Under the pieces are notes generated by a model. The model saw nothing but the letters and a program-made list of their open reading frames with translations. It was not told the DNA's origin and made no database searches. From NCBI RefSeq assembly GCF_009914755.1, contig NC_060930.1: 64,000 nt of DNA. One strand, written 5' to 3'. This DNA comes from the human T2T-CHM13v2.0 reference genome, Homo sapiens. The position numbers and the translations under genes are program-made. Positions 31,615 through 52,683 of the stretch are shown in pieces; position 1 is the first letter of the stretch, and each line of letters begins with the position of its first letter.

Positions 31615-32894
31615 AATTAAACATTGGTCTCTCTGTGCTGTTAAGTATTTGTACCACATGTCTGTCTGAGATAAGACCCTATTGACTTAATCGGCAATTT
31701 GGCCTAGGAGCAGCTTTATGCAATAGCTAAAAGTCTCTTACATTAATTACGAGAAGTATTTAGATGGAGGTTTAATTGCTGTACATAATCCATGCATTGT
31801 CTATTGTGAGAGCTTTCCATGATTTAGTGAAGCTAACGTGACTAATGACATAAATATTAAAAGCTCTTCTTTCTTTGTAATATGCTTAGGTCTGAGAACA
31901 AGAAGCCTGGAAATGTTCCAGAGATAAGTAAGGCTCTCTACATCATGCTGAACACAGGCTAGACCCTCTTGAACATTTCCTATGAGTTTTAAGGCTTAGG
32001 AATATTATTGATTCTGTTAGTAATACCTCGTGGTATAAAAATGGAGTTAAAATGCTGCTAAGCAGATAGACAAAAGTACAACAAACAGAGCCCTGAGAGC
32101 CTGCTATGACCATGGTTGGTTTTTGGCTTTTTCTAATCTAGTAAATTCCTTCTGTCTTTCTTGCCCCCTTGTAAAATTGAGATAATAATGCTCACTCATG
32201 TTTATAGACTGTGGTTTGGGATGCTCAGATGAAATATGTTATTAGATTTATAGAACATTTTACAGATATAATCTAATTAACCAGACATAATCTGGCTTAC
32301 AGACATCATCTAAATAACTGCACTTCTTGAAGTAAATTATCTCTAATTATTTTTAAGTGAATATAGAATCTAAGAAATAATGAGATTAAGTGATGTGCTC
32401 AAAGTAATATTGTAAATTAGGGACAGTGCTAGAAATATAGCCTAATGTTTATAAAACTTATTGGTATAGATCTGAATAATGTCAAAGAAACTCACTGGCT
32501 ATTTATTTTAGGTAAGATTTTCCTGACTGGCTTGGTAAGTTTCAATAAGAAAGCTACTATAATGTAATAAAGAATCATCTTTTAAAACATTTTTTCTCCT
32601 GAAGTTCTTTATATTTTATACTCATGGACATTATAGTCATGCCAATCTGTGAAAATTCTAGAGATAGCATGAGCTAATGATCTTAGAATGAAGTTAAAAT
32701 GAAAATGCTACAAGAGCTAATTGGAGCAATTAGTATAATGTAAATTCCTTTGGTGAGGAATATTATGAATCTGATAAATCCTTAGTCAAAACATTTGTTC
32801 TCCATCATTTTAATCTCCTGAACTTTCTGAGGATCCAAAACTACTTCTTAAACTTTACTCTGTACATATTTTGTGATATCTCTTGTAACTATTA

Positions 32895-33408
32895 TGTCCA
32901 TTTTCTACTGCTGCTATAACGAATTACCACAAATTTAGTGACTTAAAACAACACGAACTTATTATCTTACAGTGCTGGAGCTCAGGAGTCAAAAACGTGT
33001 TCCATGGGCTAAACTAACATCAAGGTGCCAGCAGAGCTGTGTTTCTTTTGAAAGCTCTAAGGAAGAATTAGTTTCCTTGCTTTTTTCAGCTTCTAGAGGC
33101 TGCCCACATTCCTTTGGCTCATGGTCCCCTTATGTCTTCAAATCCAGCAATGGCCCATCTAGTCTTTCTCACACTGTCATAGCTCTGCTTCTCCTTCTTT
33201 GGCTTCTCTGTTAGATTAGTCCTTCTGATTTTATTGCACCCCACCCCCAATAATCCAGGGTAAACTCCCCATCAAGAAGTCAGATGATTAGCAATCTTAA
33301 TTCCATCTGCTGCTTTATTACTTCTTTGCCATGTAAGGTAACATATTCTCAGGTTCTGGGGATTTAGACGTGGACACCCTAGGACGGCCATTATTCCACT
33401 GACTACAG
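32895..33408 (-). mobile_element. MLT1D-like MaLR LTR
   Basis: ctgctataacgaattaccacaaatttagtgacttaaaacaacac...aggtaacatattctcaggttctggggatt. Confidence 0.85.
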
Positions 33409-33594
33409 ATGCAAAGAAGTAAAGCCTCTGAAATTAAAAGCAGTCTCATGAAAATATGTTGCCAACATAACGTTGTTAATCTCAAAAGTTGTAACCTACT
33501 TTACTAGGTTTAAATACTATTTTAATTCTTTAATTAGACATTTTTTTCAAAACGCAAAGCTTTTAAATCTTAATATTTTTCTTTTTTAAAAAAA

Positions 33595-33915
33595 TTATTT
33601 TTATTTATTTATTTATTTATTTATTTTGGAGACAGGGTCTGGCTCTGTCCCCGAGGCTGGAATACAGTGGAATGATCTTCGCTCACTGCAGCCTCTGCCT
33701 CCCAGGCTCAAGCTATCCTCCTACCTCAGCCTTCTGAGTAGGTGGGACCAGAGGCACATGCCACCATGCCAGGTTAATTTTTTAAAATATCTTTTTGTAG
33801 AGATGGGGTCTCACTCTGTTGCCCAGGCTGTTCTCAAACTCCTGAGGTGAAGCAATCCACTCTCCTCAGCCTCCCAAAGTGCTGGGATTACAAGTGTGAA
33901 CGACTGTGCCCAGCT
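33595..33915 (-). mobile_element. AluJ
   Basis: AluJ diagnostics (caggctcaagctatcctcc, gggtctcactctgttgccc in the left arm). Confidence 0.9.
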
Positions 33916-33996
33916 TTAAATTTTTTTCTCATAATTAATGAAGATCAAAATATTCTTGGCTGATAACTATTTGAAAACATACATTAAATTATGTAA

Positions 33997-34437
<441 letters not shown>

Positions 34438-34689
34438 TAAATATATGGATTATTTTTCAACTTCCTTATTATTAAGAACACCACTATTCTTCTAGTCACT
34501 CAGCATTATAATTTATATACTTTTATTCATCTAGATATCAAATTCTATTATTCTTTTGAAAGAATATTCTAACTGTTGCCTACTAAAAATCCTGATTAAT
34601 TCATATGAATATTACTATGAGAATATATTTTAAGGATTAGTCTACATTGATTTGTTTATTTAAAAGTTAATGGAGAAATATCAACTCAC

Positions 34690-34880
34690 ATTTATTGAAC
34701 AACTTACTATGTCCTAAGCAGCATTGCAAACACTTTAAAATGTAAAATTTAATTAATTCTTACCTTGACACTCTGTGTTAGGTATTATTAACCTAGTTTC
34801 ACAGATGAGAAAATGAGAATGGAGAAGTTAAATAATTTGCCCAAGGGCTGACAAATAAAACTAGTGAAGCCAGGATGGAG
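34690..34880 (-). mobile_element. MIR
   Basis: tttcacagatgagaaaatgagaat...aataatttgcccaagg. Confidence 0.75.
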
Positions 34881-35169
34881 AGTTTACACCAAACTGCTCC
34901 CTATGCTACCTGAACGGTTTTATGAGAACCAAATTAACTACGTTTGTGTCTTCTGGGGTTTGGGTGACCCACTATACTAATTCTAATAAATTCTTGCTCT
35001 GATAAATTCCACAGGGAAATGAAGGACGTATTTGGTAGAGAAAAGGAACCACCGAATGTGAGGGCCTCTATTACCAAAGTAAGAAAGAGGAGGAACAAGT
35101 CCTACCACCTTCAGATAGAAACTAGCAGAGTCCTGTTTCCCTAGTCCTGCCTTGTCATCCTTCTTCCAG

Positions 35170-35800
35170 TCTAGCTAGACAAAGCTGCCAGGTAATTTGT
35201 TCAATAGCACCCCTTACATCATGTTATCTTCTTACCCAAGAACTAAAGTGACTTTGTAATGCTTGCAGAAGCAAGTCCAAACTACTCTAGTTGATACTGA
35301 ATATACTTTTTATTTAGCTCCATTGTATTTATCTTTCACTTCTGCCAAACACAAATCTTCTATTCCCAAACCTTGCAGTCATCCTTGAGTTCTCTAACAC
35401 CTCATAGCCAATCTATCAGCAAATCTCACTGACTCTAACTTCAAAACATATCCTGAATCCAATTATTTCTCAAAACCTTTGCTGCTACCACCTAGATCAT
35501 GTGATTATCAACCATTTTTTGGACCACTAACGTAGCTGCCTAATTGGTTCAGCTGTTTCCTCCTTACCAGTCTACAGAATCTTCCAAACACTGCAGCCAA
35601 AGTATCGTTTTAATATAAATTACTCCTTTGCTAAAATCCCTCTGGTATCTCTCCATATGATGCAGGATAAAAGTCCAAAGGCTTTACCAGAGATTACAAG
35701 GCACTACATAATTTGGCCCCAGCAATCTCTCTGACTTTATTGCTGTCCTTTCCCCCTCTTGTTCACCTTGTACTAGCCACATTGGTACATGTTATTCTTT
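35170..35800 (+). mobile_element. L2 fragments
   Basis: aaccttgcagtcatccttga...ccaatctatcagcaaatc...ttcaaaacatatcctgaatcc. Confidence 0.75.
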
Positions 35801-35892
35801 GTAGATGTATATTTAGAAGTAATTTCTAAAAATATAAATAGTTTCCATGTATCACTTCCTGGAGCATAAAGATAGAATTAGATAGAAACTCT

Positions 35893-36216
35893 GCCTGGGT
35901 GCAGTGGCTTATGCCTGTAACCCCGTTGTTTTGGGAGGCCAAGGTAGGAGGATGGCTTGAGCTCAGTAGTTCGAGACCAGCCTAGGGAAAATAGTGAGAC
36001 GCTATCACTACAAAAATTTTAAAAATTAGCCAACTGTGATGGTGTCTGCCTATGGTCCCAGCTAGTGGCGTGGGGGTGGACTGAGGTGAGAGGATCGCTG
36101 GAGCCTGGAAGAGTGAGGCTGCAGTGAACTGTGATCGTGCCACTGCACTCTTGCCTTGGCGACAGAGTGAGTCCTTCTCCACCCCCCACAAAAAAAAGAA
36201 AAAAGAAAAGAAAGAA
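35893..36216 (+). mobile_element. AluJ
   Basis: gaggatggcttgagctcag and gaggctgcagtgaactgtgatc. Confidence 0.9.
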
Positions 36217-36740
36217 AACTGAGTTTTCTACAAAAATATTGGCTGAAATTCCTGCGGATAAAAACAATAGTCATTATAATTGAAATTGTAGTCTCTGGAG
36301 AAATACAGTTTTTTTATACCTGCTTATACTTGAAAAATACAGTGATTAAATGTCACCCTTAAATTCTCTTAAGGATTTTGAAAAAATTTATTTAACCTAT
36401 ACATAACATACCATTGATAAAAACATAACACCAAAGACATTAATAAATTGATATTTTCTAAATAGAAACAGCTTATGAATATAAAATACTAACCTTGAAT
36501 GTCTTTTAGTAACATTATCCAGTTTGAATTTTGGTAGTACATAGCAAAAATTGAGCTTGAGATGCAGTCTATTCTTCTCCTTTCTTGAAGTAAAATCATT
36601 GTCAAAACTAATAAAAGTGGATTTTACTTTATCTTCTGTTTAAATATAAACTTCATCAAAGTCTTTATAAAGGATTTTTTTAGCCCTTTAAAAATATTCC
36701 ATTTTAATGCTGAACAAAATATTATAAAACTGAGGAGACA

Positions 36741-42883
<6,143 letters not shown>

Positions 42884-43019
42884 ATAAATGTCTTTATATA
42901 AAATTTTTTTATTTAAAATTTACCTGGTTTCTGCAATTGACCAATGGATCCAATATTAAAATTTATAAAATGAAACGGTAAAAGTACTAGATGATGATAT
43001 TCTACTATTTGCAAACACC

Positions 43020-43320
43020 ACCTTTCGTTTATCCATTCATCTGTAATAGACATTTCAATTGTTTCACCTTCCGGCCACTGTGAATAATGCTGTTATGAAC
43101 ATCAACAAATAAATATGTGTTTGAGTCCTTGCTTTTAATTCCTTTGTGTATATACTTAAAAATTGAATTGTTGGATCATAATATGGTTGGTTGTATGTTT
43201 AATTTTTTGAGGAACTGCCATCCTGTTTTCCACAGTGGCTGTACATCTTACATTTCCACTGGCAATGCCCACTGTTTCCAGTTTCTACACATCCTCTCTA
43301 ATACTTATTATTCACTGTTT
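43020..43320 (-). mobile_element. L1M fragment
   Basis: ttatccattcatctgt...tttttgaggaactgccatcctgttttccacagtggctgtac. Confidence 0.8.
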
Positions 43321-43919
43321 TTTGTTTTGTGTTCAGGACTCACACATAAATGGAATTTCTAATGTTCAAGGTTATTCACTGAAGCATTGTTTCTCTCAGG
43401 GACAAACGAATATAACACAATTGTCCATTAATGGTAGATTACTTAAATAAGTGGTTAGAATGTGTGTGCCCAATAATGTAGTTGTGGATCTGATACATTT
43501 ATAATGTCAATGATTGACAAGGGGAAAGTAGCAAAAAATGAAAATGAAATTGGTTCTTAAATTATCTTAAGCTAATGCTAGAAACAAGAAATATGGAGAA
43601 TTAGATATTTCTTTGAAAAAAATGTAAGAATTATAGATATTGTCTACAGTAGTGGCTACTCATTAGTCGAATGTAGACATTCAGGAAGACTCCTTAAAGG
43701 GTGGGAGCAGCCTTGTTCTTGCATTCTCCTCTCTCGCTCGACAGAATGTAGATGGGTGCCTGGGCTAGAGCAGATATCTTAGATTGTGAAGCAATTCTCT
43801 TAGTATGATGAACCAGTGATATAGGAGGAGCCTAGGTCCCTGCTGATTATAGAATTTCCTGGAAATTTCTATGTTCTTCATGCCACTACTGTGTATTCTT
43901 TTTAAATATGGTGGAACAA

Positions 43920-45780
43920 AAGCTAAAAGAATATAGGAGCAAAGGTGAAAGCAGATTGACAGTTAGGAGGCCTATACAATAGTTCAAGTAAGAAGCAGCA
44001 ACCAGGATTAAGAGGTAGTGGAATAACAATAGATGGTGAGATTCAGAGTATACTTTAAAGAACAATACAACAGAACTGGCTGGTGGATTGAATGCATACT
44101 AATTATTGAGATAGGAATGAAGCATACATCTCTATTTTTAGCTAGAATGAAGTTACTATTTACTAAGTTGGGAAAAATTGCATTTGGTGAAGCAGTGTTT
44201 TTTGTCTGCTTTTTTTAATTTTTGAAGGTCGGACCTAATCAAGACTATTTCGAGTATGTTAATTTTAGATGCTGTTATATTTTCATATTGAAATATGGTG
44301 GGGGCATTTGATAAATGATTCTGCATTTCGAGGGACAGAACTGGGCTGGAGATATATAATTATGGACTCATCAGATGTCAGGTAGGAAATATGTATAGAT
44401 AAAGAAGAAATAAAAAGACTGAGCTGATGGGCACTCTGAAGTTTGCAAATTCAGAAGATAAGGAATCAGCAAAGAAAACTGAGAAGCAGCAGCCAGTGAG
44501 GTGTTTTAGCAGCAAAAGACTTGTTTCAAGAAGAATGGAGTGATCATTTGTGATAAATCCTGCTTTTAGGTCCAGTTAAATTAAATTAAAAAATTCAGGA
44601 TTGGATTTGGCAATGTGAATGACAAGGATAGTCTTGTCAAGTGCTGTTTAAATAGAATAGTGATGAAAAGGACCTTACTGGAGTGGATTCAAGAAAGAGT
44701 GAGGAGATAGACATTAGAGATTCCTGGTACAGACAACTCTTTTTAGAGCCTTTGTTGTAAAGAGAAGCACAGAAATGAAGAGTTAGCTTTTTATCACTTT
44801 ATTTTAGATAGGAAATACTATAACATATTTATGTGTTCGTGGGACAGATTCAGTAGAAAAGACCAGTAGAAAGCAAAAAAACAAGAGGGAGAAAAATCCA
44901 TGTCCTATCTTTGAGTAGGTGACAAGGGACAGAATCCAGTACATAGATGGAGAGGCTGGCCTTTTGCATGAGTAAAAATAGTTCAACCAAAGGTTAGAGC
45001 AAACGTTTTTGCTTCAGAATTCATATCTTGTTGTTGGAGTGTTGGGACATTTTCTCCTAATTTCTTCAGTTTTTCAGTAAAATAATAGACAAAGTCATCA
45101 GTTGAGAGTGGGAGGATGGAGGAGATGTTAGAGGCTTGGGGATACACAAGAAGAACGTAAATAGAGAAAACAGTGTGAAGAGTGAATTGAACAAGATAAA
45201 ATTAGTAGGAGGGTTGAAAGTTAGTAATCGTAAATGTAAGCTGGGACCAGTCAGCACTGTGGTGGGGTTTTTCTCCAGCTATATTCTCTCCTTGGGTGTA
45301 GGTGCAGAAAAGGTGGAGGGTTATATTTACCCAGGCTGGGAAACTTGGCCATGAGGATACAATGGAGGAAAGAAGAAAGAGGGAGTTACTAGTATATATA
45401 AGGAAATGGTTGTAATGATGAGCCATGGAATCTAAGTCAGGTAGAAGAGAAGTAAGGAATGAAAGAGGCAAAAAGGAGTAAAAAGGCATTAGAGTGAATG
45501 AATTGGAGGTTCGGTGGGGTTGCGGTTTTTAGATGTCAGAGATCTAGTGGGAACAAATTGAGAAGAGTAAAAGTGGTGGTCAGAGTGTGTGATGTTAAAA
45601 ATTAATATTATAGAGAGGGTATTGCTATTGGTAATGGCAAAGTCCAGAGTACCACCAGAGAGTGGTTACCTGAGGCAGGTTGAAGCTAAGATTATTGGAG
45701 AAGAGGAAAAAAACCTAGTGGCCACAGTATTGGAAAAATGATCTATGTGGATATTGCAGTCACTTCTTGGTGACTGCAAT
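43920..45780 (-). mobile_element. Long L2 relic
   Basis: gttaggaggcctatacaatagttcaagt, ggaatcagcaaagaaaactgagaag, ttggatttggcaat. Confidence 0.7.
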
Positions 45781-45809
45781 TAGAGAGCAAACCAGGTGCC
45801 TAGAATATT

Positions 45810-46523
<714 letters not shown>

Positions 46524-49486
46524 ATATGCAAGTAGTTACAGAGTGATGTAGAAGTCATAGATGTCAAACTTCTCATTAATTCCTTAAAAATTGAACTGTC
46601 TTAGGTATGTGAATACACTGGAAACTTGAGACGATTTTATGTTTGATATAATATTAGTTGACTTTCCCTGTTTTTATTAAATGCTAACAAAATACTAGGC
46701 ACTGAAGAAAGAAATATGTATAAGGATGGCACAGCCTCTGATATTAAGGAAATGACTCTAATAGAGGCAACAAACTTGCAAACAAATGGCAATTCAGTGA
46801 AAATGCATTTCAACAATCTGAGAAACAATAACAACAAAAAATTATGTTGGTTATGAATTGCTGAAATGAAAGCCTCCTTGATCATATACAAGTCATCCCT
46901 GGATGCAGTTCCATTTTACACTGATTTTCTCAAAAATATCTAGTGAGTACTACATAAGACTGTACAAAGTGTGGTGGAAGATAGAATTATATATTAAATT
47001 CTAACTCTGTCTTTACATTGAATTATATTACGGTAGGTGTTGTCATACGTTAAATTCTCTGTCGTTAATTTTTTTTTCCAGACAATTTATTCAGGCAGTG
47101 CATGAGCTCGGATCACCTAGGGGCAAAGTTATTCTTTCATGTTACATCAAATTATCTGAGTCATGTAAGCATTTGTTTAAAGTCAGAGCTTCAGCTAAGA
47201 AAAATATCAAGGGAAAACAAAACTGGATACTGGATGCTGAAGACAGAGGATATTATCTAATATTCAGATTTTCTCTGAGAACTTAAAACAGGGTCAGTGT
47301 CAGTGGGATGTTGTTTTGTTTTTGTTTTGGGTGACTTTTTTTTTTGATCAAATAGTATTATCTGTCAGGGCATCTAATAATGTCTCTGGATGGCTGGTAT
47401 TTACCTCCCTGTAACTATCATGACATGCTAGTGAATAACCAATTTCAAGAAGAGAACTTGCAGACTTTCTGAGAATATTTATCTCTCATCTTTTTGGTTG
47501 GAAGTTTATTATAATATCGCAGTTTACTTAAAGGAACTCAGTATCTACTGATTCTTTAATTCGTAGTAATAACTTGCTTGAATGATTTTTTTCACCTAAA
47601 CATGTAACAATATATGTTAATATATTGAGTTGGGGATAATAATAGCACCTATCTCACTAGTTTATAGTGAACATTACGTAATTCATGTATAGCTGTGAAA
47701 AATGCTTAATATAAACTAACATTATTGTTATTATTGCCATCATAATTATTATTTTGACTACATAGCTGTTTTGTTTTGAAACGTCTAGTTGCAAGTAAAT
47801 GGAACCCAACTAAGAGTAGTGCAAGCATGCAATGAAGCTTAATTGAATTTACAGAGACAGTGGAGTGACATAAGGGCTGGAATGGTATTAGGACTCAGAA
47901 GACAATGGGATTAGAATGAGGAGAACCATTAAAACTCCATTTAAGCATCTCTTTTTTTATTTCTGCACACCTGCATCTTTTTTTTTTTTTTTTGGTCTCT
48001 ACATAATGGCTGAAAGCAGAAATCTCTGCTTTTCATCCCTAAGGTGGAATGGCATTGCCATAGCCCCCGAATTTACTTGTTGAAGGTCCAGACACATGCA
48101 GGACTAACTAGCTGACTCTGAATTCCATTTCTACATAGGGGGGAAAGTGTAGTCAGTCCAATTTTGCTTAGTAATCATCTTCTGACCTTGTTAGGATTGA
48201 GGAGAAATTGATACAAGTTAAGAATGGTGGCCACCTCATCCTCATGATGCTTGGGCAGAAGAAAGATTATTATTAGTATGGCAAAAAAAGATCTACAACA
48301 TACTCTTAATTTCTCAACACATATGTAAGTCTTTCTTTCTACCCAAAGGTATCCTATCCATGATCCAACTAACTTACGCATAACAACAAACTACTCAACG
48401 ACTTCATAACTGGAGGAAACTGATCTTGTTTTGATCATAGGCCCACATAGGTCCAATTGCTCTACTTAAGATAAATGGAGATTTATCTGTGTCCAGAGAT
48501 GTGTCAGGCTGGGACAAATAGATAGGGGTAAAGACATACTGTATGATTGACAGCCCCACTGGAATCACATGAATGGGGAAGGGATGGCTCCACAAAGGTA
48601 GAGTGTTTATAAGATATTTTCGAAGCCACTGCTATATTCCAACCCTAGCTGCCCAGCATTCACATTATGAGAAATTATTATATGTCTCCACCTAATAAGC
48701 TATAATAATTCCAAATACCACCAAATATATACTCAGTTCTTAAGGGAAATAAATCAGTATCATCTCCAGATAACATATCTACTGATCAGGTCCAGATGCA
48801 ATCCTCTATGATGCATTTAACCACCCTAACACTTAAAACCCACCATGAAGGAAGGCAGAAAATCAAAAAAAAAAAAAAAAGGTAACTGCAATAGCTGTCT
48901 TATTTGTGAAGCAGAGAAGGAAAAATAACAAATAGCCATCCCTGAATCCTAGCATAAATCATATTCTATAGGAAGGGGTAGTAAGGATCCCTACCTTTGG
49001 CCATGGAGTAATTTCCAGGTTACATATCTGCCTCCTTTTCCTATGACTGCCAGGAGGATTGCCAGGGTTCATTTTCCTCCGTGGTCATAATCCAAAGCAG
49101 CATATGATAAGATTTCATCTGTAGAACTATAGTCTCTTAGTCCACCTATTTTCTGTGGATATGATTATAATAAACTGAGTGTTGAATTAATGGTTGAGCA
49201 AAAATAGATCTTTTTCAGGCTTGAGCGTTCTCTGACAATTACATTTTCTGAAGTACCCACTCTTTTGCTTGTTAATTTACTTCTGAAATCCCCAAAGGAT
49301 AATAATCAGCATTAGAAATCTTGGATCTAGAGCACTGAATCTTAACCCCACAGGTGTATGTCTCAGTAATTGCCGTTAGTGCTCTGCTAGTCTCCTGAGG
49401 CCTCTGCTCACCGGCTTCCACTGTGCCCTCAGCTGAAGGTGGTGAAGGTGAACCGGTCTGTACCCTGTCCCGGTGCATCCCAGTAG

Positions 49487-50033
<547 letters not shown>

Positions 50034-50531
50034 AGCAATCTTATTTTCTTACCTCCCTGATTTTGTCTGCTCTAACTTTTGCTTAGAAGCAAATGAGTTA
50101 TTTTCTTTCAAAATTCACAAAGCACTGCTTTTCTGACTCTCAGCCATCTCAGATTCCTGTGTTGTGCTTTATTAACAAAGCTCAATATTGCTGTCTTTCT
50201 AATGGCAGATAACTGGCTTAAGAACCTCAGCATGACCACTTCTTGCAGGATCTTACTGGAAGCTGCTGAAAGTGAACAGTATTTGCCAACATTCTCATCT
50301 ATTTCTTTTAGGTTCTCCAAAGTTCCACCTGAAGAAGGCATATCAGAAACATAACAAGCATTTCCAATCTCCAGTGCAGAGATACAGGGATCATTGCTGC
50401 CTGCAAAGAAATCGGGACTCAGATAATTTCTCATTTCAAGATTTGTACCTGCAGTTTTACTTTTCAATATACCAATTTATACATTGAACTCTTTGGTTTA
50501 CAGGGACAAAACCCAACTCATATCAGATTCC

Positions 50532-50562
<31 letters not shown>

Positions 50563-50580
<18 letters not shown>

Positions 50581-50734
50581 TTTTTTTTGAGACAGAGTCT
50601 CACTCTGTCACCCAGGCTGGAGTGCAGTGGTGCCATCTTGCTCACTGTAACCTCCACCTCCCAGTTTCAAGTGATTCTCGTGCCTCAGCCTGCCCGGTAG
50701 CTGGGATTACAGGCATGAGCCACTGCACCTGGCC
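50563..50734 (-). mobile_element. Monomeric Alu (left-arm 5' end fused to right-arm 3' part) with a (TA)n/T tail
   Basis: Right-arm sequence passes through gctgggattacaggc directly into atgagccactgcacctggcc. Confidence 0.85.
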
Positions 50735-51032
50735 AGATTAAATTTAAAATGGGAACTGGGTTGATAGTTTTAGACTTGGCTCTATTCAAGACTCAATCAA
50801 TGTAGTAAATTTTTTGTTCTCTCTCTCCCTTCTTTCCGCCCCCACCTTCCCCTCGCCCCATGGCCTATTTTTTTTAATAAGCTGGCTTCATTTTCTTTTT
50901 CTTTACACATTTTTCCTACATGCAGTTAAGAAAGATGGAAGCCAAGACTCCAGGCTACTAACCCCAGTTTAACAATCTTAGCAGAAAGACAGCCTCTAAC
51001 TTCTTGAATTACAGTATGATATATTGATACAG

Positions 51033-51365
51033 TTTTTAAAAATTATCCATTTGTAAAATTAACAATTTTTTGTAATTGTACACATGTATGGCATACAATT
51101 TGATGTTTCAGTGCAAACATTGCATGATCTTAGTTATATGTGGAATCTAAAAAATAACAACTGATATCATAGAAGCAGAGAGTAGAACAACTGATATCAT
51201 AGAAGCAGAGAGTAACCAGTCACTGGAGAGAGGAGAGGGAAAAGGAGGAGGAGGGAAGGATGAAGAGAGGTTGGCCAATGTGTACAAAGTTGTAATTAGA
51301 TAGAAGGAATAAATATGGTGTTCTATTGCACAGTAGGGTGACTACAGTTAACAGTAAAACATTGA
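51033..51365 (-). mobile_element. Short L1MA 3' end with an inverted segment
   Basis: Minus-strand 3' terminus 51033-51128, plus-strand 3'UTR 51121-51365; degenerate TSD attgatacagtttt / attgatatcatttt. Confidence 0.7.
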
Positions 51366-51376
51366 TATCATTTTAA

Positions 51377-51703
<327 letters not shown>

Positions 51704-52340
51704 AATACTATATATTCTTTATGAATGTCTACATATGTTAAAAAAAGTTTCATAACTGACATGGGAATAATAAACATTAAATTGAGCAGAGTGATTACTT
51801 CTGCAGGACCATAGGTGAGTGAGCTGCAGTGGGGTACATAGGAAGCTTAGCTGTGTTGGTAATATTTTATTTCTTAAACTAGTTGGTGGTTATATGGATT
51901 CTTGTTACATGATTTTTTGTACATTTAAGTATGGCCAAAATATTTTATAAGTTTAAAAAAGAAAAAAACCCAATTGTTATTAATGTTGGGATTTGGATTC
52001 CAGAGACAATCTCAGATTGGCCCTGTCTGGATGATTCAAGCATCCTAATCCTTTATTTCTTCCCAGTAAAACGTGAATGGCTAGGTCATGCGCTGATCAC
52101 TGTGGCTGTGGGACGGTTAAGGACATATTGTGGTTTCCAGCTCCATTACATACAAAAGGAATAGGAAAATATTACTTTTTAAAGACAGGGATGTTGGCTA
52201 GAAAAAACCAACTGAGGGCCATTTTAGTCTGGGTTAATTTTCCCTAAGCGAAGCTCGTTCCTTTCTCCAGTTTATTCTCAATCTGTCCAGGTATAGACTC
52301 TTACCACATTGTAAACTGTGCCCTAAAATTTTAAATGTAA

Positions 52341-52683
<343 letters not shown>

